Positions 8,278-13,623 of a stretch of 40,494 nucleotides of DNA are shown in pieces. The position numbers and the translations under genes were made by a program. Below the pieces are notes generated by a model. That model was not told the origin of the DNA. It made no database searches and was given only the letters and a program-made list of their open reading frames with translations. The DNA comes from a virus (Duplodnaviria > Caudoviricetes): IMG/VR virus record IMGVR_UViG_3300049924_000315, positions 1 to 40,494 of that record; one strand, written 5' to 3'. How positions within the stretch are numbered: the stretch's first letter is position 1; the number at the start of each line of letters is the position of its first letter.

Positions 8278-8559
8278 ATGCAAGTTGAAACAGACTGGAT
8301 TCCAATGGACCAGCAGCCTGCCTATGTTGGATGGTACGAAGTACTACACCATGCAGGTGGCGTGATGCAGCGCTATTGGCGCGGCCCTTTGTGGTGGGGA
8401 ATGTGCTCCGAGGAGTTTGAAATCGACACCAGGCTTGCCGTTGACCCCGGCACGCATTGGCGCGGTCTGAGCGCGCCAACCGAAGGTGTGCGGTACGAAC
8501 CTATTGCAAGTCAACAGATGCACGCTGTTTCTCGGCGGATTCTGTTTACTGGCAAGTGA
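8278..8559 (+). CDS. Cassette hypothetical protein, phage-type
   Basis: TDWIPMDQQPAYVGWYEV...WRGL resembles small Trp-rich phage early proteins; GGAG RBS. Confidence 0.7.
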   Translation: MQVETDWIPMDQQPAYVGWYEVLHHAGGVMQRYWRGPLWWGMCSEEFEIDTRLAVDPGTHWRGLSAPTEGVRYEPIASQQMHAVSRRILFTGK

Positions 8560-8560
8560 G

Positions 8561-8630
8561 GCCCAACGTTTGAGTTAAGGCGCGACCGGAGGCGGAGCCG
8601 TAGGGCGTCTCCTTGAACGAATGGTTAGGA
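8561..8630 (-). other. attC site (70 bp)
   Basis: Minus strand TCCTAAC-CATTC-GTTCAAGG...CCTTAAC-TCAAAC-GTTGGGC; canonical layout. Confidence 0.9.
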
Positions 8631-8637
8631 GGCTTCT

Positions 8638-9012
8638 ATGCAGACGAAAGAAGTGTTGATGTTCGGACAGCCGGTAGTGCTGGTGTGCGACGCGAACTGC
8701 GCGAAGGCTTGGGGGGTGAATGGCCGCCCAAAGCAACAGTTTGGCGAAGACCCTGACGACTACGCATTCTTGGCCGATGACGAACTCGGCGAGGCGCCCT
8801 ACCAGCCCGGGACATACGAAGGCGGCTTCACCAAGCCAAAGACGCCGGACCAGATGAACCGCTGGTGCAGCCGAGAGTGTGAACGCTGCGACGTGGTGAG
8901 GCCATGGGAAGAACCAAAGGCCCGCAGCTTTGCGGTGCGGCTGTTCAATCAACCGTGGAAGCACGAGCCTTCTAACGTCGCCGATGAACGACAGGCACCG
9001 GTACTCCGGTGA
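8638..9012 (+). CDS. Cassette hypothetical protein, Cys-rich (possible metal binding)
   Basis: CDANC...WCSRECERC; RBS AGGAGG overlaps the attC end. Confidence 0.75.
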   Translation: MQTKEVLMFGQPVVLVCDANCAKAWGVNGRPKQQFGEDPDDYAFLADDELGEAPYQPGTYEGGFTKPKTPDQMNRWCSRECERCDVVRPWEEPKARSFAVRLFNQPWKHEPSNVADERQAPVLR

Positions 9013-9022
9013 CTGTCCGCCG
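8970..9022 (-). other. Partial attC site (L'-R' arm only)
   Basis: Minus strand ...CTGTCGTTCATCGGCGAC-GTTAGAA. AGCCTTCTAAC (8966-8976) complements GTTAGGAGGCT (8624-8634) with one mismatch. Confidence 0.55.
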
Positions 9023-9066
9023 CGAAGATTGCTCGAAGGCGGGCGAGGGTGGCGAAAAAGACTGCG

Positions 9067-9170
9067 CTCTAACGTTCGAGCTAACCGGCCCAGCGGGGCC
9101 GAGAAGGACTGTGATGAAAGCTGACCAAGTAGCCGGCCCCGATGGGTCCGCGTTGAGCGAGGGGTTAGGC
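9067..9170 (-). other. attC site (104 bp)
   Basis: Minus strand GCCTAAC-CCCTC-GCTCAAC...GGTTAGC-TCGAAC-GTTAGAG. Confidence 0.88.
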
Positions 9171-9515
9171 CCCAACGCGGAGGACGACGAGTGCAGCGCA
9201 CCGCCGCGCGTGACCGACCCGCCCGCCGACCTGTGGCTGGTGTACGGCGAGCTTGAGCATGACGACACGCACTGGAACTGCTGCCGCGATGGCGAGGTGT
9301 CTTGGTGCGAGGACAAGCAGTACGACAGCGACGTGCATTACGTGCGCGGCGACAGGTACGACGACGTGCACACCGCGTTGACTGAGCTGCGCGACCGAAT
9401 CAAGGCGCACCCGGCCTACGCGAACCTCACGGAAGACGAGGAAATCGACTGCGGCGGAGACACGGCAGAGTTTTCCTATCTGGCCCGCGTGGCAGATGCC
9501 GCCCTTGGGGCCTAA
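9114..9515 (+). CDS. Cassette hypothetical protein (acidic), starting inside an attC loop
   Basis: AAGGA RBS and ATG 9114 lie within the attC; the TAA stop is part of the next GCCTAAC box. Confidence 0.75.
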   Translation: MKADQVAGPDGSALSEGLGPNAEDDECSAPPRVTDPPADLWLVYGELEHDDTHWNCCRDGEVSWCEDKQYDSDVHYVRGDRYDDVHTALTELRDRIKAHPAYANLTEDEEIDCGGDTAEFSYLARVADAALGA

Positions 9516-9567
9516 CGGTTGAATTCAGGCGCACCCGAAGGGTGTCGCCTGGAATGAAGGGTTATGC
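9510..9567 (-). other. attC site (58 bp)
   Basis: Minus strand GCATAACCCTTCATTCCAGGCGACACCCTTCGGGTGCGCCTGAATTCAACCGTTAGGC. Confidence 0.92.
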
Positions 9568-9591
9568 GTCTGGGGTCGAACGGAGTAGAAG

Positions 9592-9795
9592 ATGGAACTT
9601 GAACGAATGTGCAAACTCATTGCTGCGGTGTGCAGCGCCCTACTCGCACTCTCGTGTTCGAACCCCGAACGCGACGAGATGCGTGAACTGCTCAAGGATG
9701 GCCAAGCGCTGGTCCTGACCGATGCCGACGGGAATCGGTACGTGGTGAAGCACCACTTCGCCAACTCGTACACCATTGCCCCGGTGAAGAAATGA
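9592..9795 (+). CDS. Cassette protein, possible lipoprotein
   Basis: KLIAAVCSALLALS-C signal-like segment; GGAG RBS. Confidence 0.6.
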   Translation: MELERMCKLIAAVCSALLALSCSNPERDEMRELLKDGQALVLTDADGNRYVVKHHFANSYTIAPVKK

Positions 9796-9799
9796 AGAC

Positions 9800-9859
9800 G
9801 CATAACGTTGCCGGTAACCGGCTTGTTCGGCGGCCGGTTCCGAAGCGTGACTTTGTGGC
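9800..9859 (-). other. attC site with degenerate R''
   Basis: Minus strand ...GGAACCGGC...GCCGGTTACC-GGCAAC-GTTATGC; R'' is eroded. Confidence 0.65.
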
Positions 9860-9872
9860 GCACAAAAACCGC

Positions 9873-9901
9873 TTGCGCGCCGCCTATTGATGGCGTACAT
9901 T
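9873..9901 (+). promoter_or_regulatory. Cassette-internal sigma70-like promoter
   Basis: TTGCGC-17 bp-TACATT, with inverted repeat CGCC-N7-GGCG in the spacer. Confidence 0.5.
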
Positions 9902-9947
9902 ATTGGACATGGGCAGCGAACCGCAGCCCGCAACCGGAGCAAAGACC

Positions 9948-10166
9948 ATGACCACCGCCACCAACACCGCCGCCAGCCAATGGACCGAGATCGGCCACTA
10001 CTACGAGCCGATTGCCTACTACGGCGGCCGGGTGCTGAAGTACGCCGGGATTACCTGCCCGATGAACGAGGCGCACATGATGGCCAAGCCCGGCATGTTG
10101 ATGCTCGACGCCTACAAGGGCGACCGCATCACCGCCTACAAGCACGAACTGTTTACCGCACTGTGA
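9948..10166 (+). CDS. Cassette hypothetical protein
   Basis: GGAG RBS; 72 aa (MTTATNTAASQW...). Confidence 0.7.
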   Translation: MTTATNTAASQWTEIGHYYEPIAYYGGRVLKYAGITCPMNEAHMMAKPGMLMLDAYKGDRITAYKHELFTAL

Positions 10167-10336
10167 GCAAGACGCCCGAGCCGAAAAAGCCCGGGCGGCC
10201 TGCGCTGCCGCCCGATCTGCGCCGCACCGCACGCCTGAGCATGCGAACCTATCAAGACGTGGCGGACAAGGCTGCCCGCGTTGGCACGGAGGCCTTAGAA
10301 GCCGCCATCCGGCGCATCGAGGAACCGGCGAAGTGA
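10163..10336 (+). CDS. Small DNA-binding protein, RHH-like
   Basis: GTG start overlaps the upstream TGA; KKPGRPALPPDLRRTARLSMRT followed by helices. Confidence 0.65.
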   Translation: MSKTPEPKKPGRPALPPDLRRTARLSMRTYQDVADKAARVGTEALEAAIRRIEEPAK

Positions 10337-10343
10337 GCAAGAC

Positions 10344-10399
10344 GCCTAACGTTTGAATTCAGCCGCGCCGAAGGCGTCGGCTGGAATGAAGGGTTAGGG
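10344..10399 (-). other. attC site (56 bp)
   Basis: Minus strand CCCTAACCCTTCATTCCAGCCGACGCCTTCGGCGCGGCTGAATTCAAACGTTAGGC. Confidence 0.92.
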
Positions 10400-10415
10400 C
10401 TGGTTGGGAGACAAG

Positions 10416-10559
10416 ATGAGCGACGAGCAGAAAGCGGTGATGGTTGCCACGGTGCTGGAATACTGCCGCACCCACGGCGTTGACTTGAAGGAAGCGCTAC
10501 ATCTGCTGCGCCCTGAGGTGATTCGGTGGTGGTATGCGCAAAAGAAGGATGACAAATGA
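10416..10559 (+). CDS. 47 aa cassette ORF (not in the supplied track)
   Basis: GGGAG RBS; MSDEQKAVMVATVLEYCRTHGVDLKEALHLLRPEVIRWWYAQKKDDK. Confidence 0.6.
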   Translation: MSDEQKAVMVATVLEYCRTHGVDLKEALHLLRPEVIRWWYAQKKDDK

Positions 10560-10654
10560 ATCTGCTTTGGTTTTTGCTTGGCATTGGTCTATGTGTCGTT
10601 GCCATTTTGGTTTGGGTGGCAGCGATTTGCGACCCAGGAGATACTCGTCTATGA
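10556..10654 (+). CDS. 32 aa single-TM peptide (not in the supplied track)
   Basis: MNLLWFLLGIGLCVVAILVWVAAICDPGDTRL; ATGA overlaps at both ends. Confidence 0.6.
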   Translation: MNLLWFLLGIGLCVVAILVWVAAICDPGDTRL

Positions 10655-10938
10655 CGACCCAGAGTGTCGATCGACAGTTTGCGCAGCGGCGCATCGGCGA
10701 GGTTGAATTGGAGAAAGCTCGCACGCTACTCAAGCGAGCGAGTGCTCAGTTATTGGCGTGGAATGAGCTGTACGGACGCGTGAGTACGACCGTACTTCCG
10801 CCCGCTGGCGACGTGCGGCTCGCGGAAGACATCGACGAGTTCTTGCGCCCTAACGTTCGAGCTAACCGGCGGCACGTCCGGTTGAGCGACCGTTATGGCG
10901 CTCTTTGCCTGCGCGGTTGCCCACCGAAAGAATGTTGA
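10651..10938 (+). CDS. Cassette hypothetical protein reading through attC
   Basis: AGGAG RBS and ATG 10651; C-terminal PNVRANR... is attC-encoded. Confidence 0.65.
   Translation: MTTQSVDRQFAQRRIGEVELEKARTLLKRASAQLLAWNELYGRVSTTVLPPAGDVRLAEDIDEFLRPNVRANRRHVRLSDRYGALCLRGCPPKEC
10848..10898 (-). other. attC site (51 bp, short)
   Basis: Minus strand CCATAAC-GGTC-GCTCAACCGG...CCGGTTAGC-TCGAAC-GTTAGGG. Confidence 0.82.
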
Positions 10939-10948
10939 AAAATACCGC

Positions 10949-10976
10949 TTGCGTTTCCGGAAACGTGAACTAGAAT
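10949..10976 (+). promoter_or_regulatory. Cassette-internal promoter with palindromic operator
   Basis: TTGCGT-16 bp-TAGAAT; perfect palindrome CGTTTCCGGAAACG at 10952-10965. Confidence 0.65.
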
Positions 10977-11008
10977 AAACACATCGACAACGCAAACGGA
11001 CTTACCAA

Positions 11009-11215
11009 ATGAACTCCTCATGCCAAGCCACCCCCAGCGATGTTTACGAGTGCATGCTTCAAATCAAGAGCGGCAAGCGCGGTTGCATGACGCTCACCAA
11101 GAAAGAAGCAAAGGCCGCAAATCTGGACTGGTCGTTTGTGGAGAACGCGGCGTCGATCCTGGGCCTAAAGGTGCAAAAAAACGGCCGGTGGGGTTTCTTG
11201 GTGAGCCGCAAATGA
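11009..11215 (+). CDS. Cassette hypothetical protein
   Basis: 68 aa downstream of its own promoter; coupled to the next gene by ATGA. Confidence 0.65.
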   Translation: MNSSCQATPSDVYECMLQIKSGKRGCMTLTKKEAKAANLDWSFVENAASILGLKVQKNGRWGFLVSRK

Positions 11216-11409
11216 GCGAGGCCCGAAAGGGCCTTGCGCCCAAGACCGCAAGCGAGCGCGTCGAAAAGCTCCGCAACGAGCGCGAGGCGCTTGGGCTCAA
11301 ACGACGCGAACTTTATGTGCATGACGACGAATGGCCCAAGTTGCAGGAACTCGCAGCCAAGATCAACCGTCGCCGTGCACGCCTGGTGGCGAAGCGAGAT
11401 GCGCCATAA
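11212..11409 (+). CDS. Small basic DNA-binding protein, RHH-like
   Basis: KTASERVEKLRNEREALGLKRRELYVHDDEW pattern; the TAA stop lies within the attC box CCATAAC. Confidence 0.65.
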   Translation: MSEARKGLAPKTASERVEKLRNEREALGLKRRELYVHDDEWPKLQELAAKINRRRARLVAKRDAP

Positions 11410-11459
11410 CGTTGGAATTGAGCGGCTGCGAAGCAGTCCGCTCGAATGACTGGTTCGGC
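11404..11459 (-). other. attC site (56 bp)
   Basis: Minus strand GCCGAACCAGTCATTCGAGCGGACTGCTTCGCAGCCGCTCAATTCCAACGTTATGG. Confidence 0.88.
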
Positions 11460-11477
11460 GTCTGGTGGAGGAACAAG

Positions 11478-11870
11478 ATGATTGTGCAACCGAAGCTACC
11501 GCGCGTGACGTTCTACCCAGCGCCGCCCGGCGAGCCCTACCGGCCGTGCAATGGCTCGGAGGGCGAATACTTCCACGCTATGTGGTGCGAGGAATGCGAA
11601 CGCGACAAGGTGATGAACGGCGACGCCACGGTAGAGGACGCTGACAAAGACCCGGACCTGTACTGCGAGATTCTGAACCGCTCATTCCGCGACGACGAGC
11701 CGCTGCCCGAGTGGACGCGCGGTGACGATGGGCAACCGACGTGCACGCAGTTCGTGGCGAAGGGGCATCCGCTGCCGCAACGATGCGAGCACACGGCCGA
11801 TCTGTTTGATGAGAGCAAGACGCCGAACGTTCGAGCTAACCGCGCCAATGACGGCGCCACAGGAGCATGA
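11478..11870 (+). CDS. Cassette hypothetical protein, Cys-rich phage-type
   Basis: GGAGG RBS; YRPCNGSEGEYFHAMWCEECERD...CEIL...CTQF; ends inside the next attC. Confidence 0.75.
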   Translation: MIVQPKLPRVTFYPAPPGEPYRPCNGSEGEYFHAMWCEECERDKVMNGDATVEDADKDPDLYCEILNRSFRDDEPLPEWTRGDDGQPTCTQFVAKGHPLPQRCEHTADLFDESKTPNVRANRANDGATGA

Positions 11871-11923
11871 AGATGGAACAAAGCAACCCGCCGGCATTGG
11901 TCCGGTTGAGCGAGGGGTTAGGC
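11822..11923 (-). other. attC site (102 bp)
   Basis: Minus strand GCCTAAC-CCCTC-GCTCAACC...CGGTTAGC-TCGAAC-GTTCGGC. Confidence 0.88.
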
Positions 11924-12139
11924 GCGTGGTCGCCAATCGAGACGGCCCCCGACATGCCGGCCTTCAGCGCGATTGTTGCCTCTCCGATGGCGGATGGCGG
12001 CTACTTCGTCGAAGAGGCGTGGTGGGACTACGAGCGCCGCGAGTGGTGGCCGGCGAATGTGGACTGGACCGACGCGCACGGCGAGCAGCTTTATCCGACG
12101 CACTGGATGAACCTGCCAGCCCCGCCTGAAAGCGCCTAA
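11867..12139 (+). CDS. DUF551-like phage protein in the first cassette
   Basis: WSPIETAP...PTHWMNLPAPP signature; AGGAG RBS and start codon inside the attC loop. Confidence 0.8.
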   Translation: MKMEQSNPPALVRLSEGLGAWSPIETAPDMPAFSAIVASPMADGGYFVEEAWWDYERREWWPANVDWTDAHGEQLYPTHWMNLPAPPESA

Positions 12140-12152
12140 CGTAGAGTAGACC
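12134..12152 (-). other. attI-like site heading the array
   Basis: Minus strand GGTCTAC-TCTAC-GTTAGGC: L box, 5 bp spacer, R box, with no matching attC arm upstream. Same pattern as 36937-36955. Confidence 0.6.
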
Positions 12153-12252
12153 AACCGCTCAGACCGGATCGCGTTGGCCTAAACAGGTGACGTACCGAGG
12201 TTTTTATGCAATGGGCGGACTAAATTTCGGCGGTCGGTAACCATCATGCTCA

Positions 12253-12552
12253 CCCCTGCCGATCGGTTTCGATGGCGTCAAGAGCGGATTCCGGCGGGCC
12301 CGCGAAGCCGCAGGCATGCCTGATGTGCACTTTCACGACCTGCGCCACAGCTGCGCCACCATCCTGCTCGGCCTGCGCGTGCCGCTGTACGTGGTGCGCG
12401 AGATCCTCGGGCACACCAGCATCAAGACGACCGAGCGCTATGCGCACGTGATGGTCGGGCCCCGGCGCGAGGCATTGCAGAAGCTGGGCCGTTTACACCG
12501 CGATTTACACCAGCCGCCGAAGCGGCCCCGAAGGGCCGCTGTGAGTCGTTGA
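12253..12552 (+). pseudogene. 5'-truncated phage tyrosine integrase (C-terminal catalytic fragment)
   Basis: FHDLRHS...ILGHTSIKTTERYAH motifs; in-frame TAA at 12238-12240 upstream; only ~100 codons remain and the first catalytic Arg box is missing. Confidence 0.85.
12521..12540 (-). terminator. Hairpin downstream of the tRNA 3' fragment
   Basis: 8 bp perfect stem AGCGGCCC/GGGCCGCT with a TTCG loop on the minus strand; no clear U tract. Confidence 0.4.
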
Positions 12553-12558
12553 TTTTGC

Positions 12559-12603
12559 TGGTGGGCGATGCAGGGTTCGAACCTGCGACCCCTGCCGTGT
12601 GAA
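12559..12603 (-). other. attP core: 3' half of tRNA-Val(CAC)
   Basis: Minus strand TTCACACGGCAGGGGTCGCAGGTTCGAACCCTGCATCGCCCACCA contains the anticodon loop, T arm and CCA; the 5' half is absent. Confidence 0.88.
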
Positions 12604-12688
12604 CGCAAGTGGCAGACACCCGACCCCAGTGTGAGACGCAGGCAGACCACCCCCAAAGGGGGCATTGTCTGACCGGAATTTACACCGG

Positions 12689-13147
12689 CTACACCCCCAG
12701 CAGCGCCACCTCAGCCGCCCGCCGCAACACCAGCCCCGGCAGCACCCGCCCACCGCCGCGCACCCATTTGCCCAGCTCGACGGCCGCGCCATCCCAGTCC
12801 TGCGCCAGAACTCGCTTGCGCAGCGTGCTGGCCTTCAGGCGCCCGAGGCCGAGGTTGAATGCAAAGTCCGCCAGCGCCGCTTGGCGCCCCGGTGTGTCTG
12901 CAGTCGGGCACAGCCGCATCGCGCCGGGCAGGTAAACGCCGGTGATCTGCCGTTCGAGCAGCCGCTCGGCCACCTCATGGTTGATGGGCGCATCGCCGGG
13001 ATGCACGGCGCGGCCGTCCAGGTAGGTGGTGGCGCCGTAGCCGATCGTCCACACATTGGCGGGGCACAGGTAGGGCCGACTGCGGAAACCTTCGAAGCGC
13101 TTGCACAGATCCTCGACGATCCACAGTGCGGGCGGCCCTGCGCTCAC
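12689..13147 (-). CDS. Endolysin, GH24 lysozyme
   Basis: FEGFRSRPYLCPANVWTIGYG, ALADFAFNLG and LPGLVLRRAAE motifs. Confidence 0.93.
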   Translation of the reverse strand: MSAGPPALWIVEDLCKRFEGFRSRPYLCPANVWTIGYGATTYLDGRAVHPGDAPINHEVAERLLERQITGVYLPGAMRLCPTADTPGRQAALADFAFNLGLGRLKASTLRKRVLAQDWDGAAVELGKWVRGGGRVLPGLVLRRAAEVALLGV

Positions 13148-13623
13148 ACCTTGCCGCCCTTGCGCAAGCTGCGGTCAACAAACCAGAACGCCAGAATACT
13201 GCCGATCACGGTGCGGTCGAATTCGCTCACCAGCAGCGGCGCGATTGCCTCGAGCGTGGCGCCGGCCTGCAGCGCAACGATGATACCGATCACCTTCGCG
13301 CCGCTGTACAGGCCGATCACCCACCAGTAGGTGAGCACCGGCCGCACGCTGCTGCTCAACGCATCGGCCCACTTGTTGCCGGTGGGCGTGGCCTGCGCGC
13401 GAATCGCATCGCCCCACGCCTGCATTTCGCCCGCACTCGCCGCCACTTCGGCCTGGCCGTGCACCAGGTCGAGCGCCTGGGTGGCGCGGGCCTGGTCGAT
13501 CTTGAGCTGCAGTTCGCTCATGCGGTATTCGTGGTCCGCGTCGCGTTTGGCCGTGAAAATCTTGAACACCTCGGGCAGCAGGCGGAACAGCCCGCCACCG
13601 AGCAAACCCAGCAGTTCGATCAT
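13144..13623 (-). CDS. Putative holin-like membrane protein
   Basis: SVRPVLTYWW and FWFVDRSLRK resemble the 3TM holin family; adjacent to the endolysin. Confidence 0.6.
   Translation of the reverse strand: MIELLGLLGGGLFRLLPEVFKIFTAKRDADHEYRMSELQLKIDQARATQALDLVHGQAEVAASAGEMQAWGDAIRAQATPTGNKWADALSSSVRPVLTYWWVIGLYSGAKVIGIIVALQAGATLEAIAPLLVSEFDRTVIGSILAFWFVDRSLRKGGKV

Larger units (their letters stand above)
7640..12152 (-). mobile_element. Integron-type gene cassette array without intI (CALIN-like, with attI-like head); attC polarity minus, cargo genes plus
   Basis: About 12 attC-like inverted repeats with RYYYAAC / L'' / L' / GTTRRRY architecture separate short ORFs; cassette ends show 7-12 bp complementarity; base composition visibly less GC-rich than the backbone. 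Confidence 0.88.
12492..12695 (+). repeat. Integrase arm-type repeats flanking the attP core
   Basis: TTTACACC at 12492, 12504 and 12679; CTACACC at 12689. Confidence 0.65.

Noticed and set aside
7956-12140. CRISPR array, REP elements or simple terminators
   Set aside because: The repeats vary in sequence and length, are separated by gene-sized units, lack U tracts, and show R/L boxes with cassette-end complementarity.
7959-12140. Minus-strand cassette genes co-oriented with attC (e.g. 8575-9201, 9525-9863, 11537-11881)
   Set aside because: They cross attC sites and lack RBSs and protein-like composition, whereas the plus-strand ORFs have RBSs, fit cassette limits and include a recognisable DUF551-like protein.
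12253-12552. Integron integrase intI next to the array
   Set aside because: Position and orientation fit, but the motifs (FHDLRHSCAT, TTERYAH) are phage-integrase type, it abuts a tRNA attP, and it is only a fragment.
12559-12640. Complete tRNA-Val gene
   Set aside because: Only the anticodon loop to CCA is present. The upstream sequence cannot form the D arm or the 5' acceptor strand, so it is an attP core.
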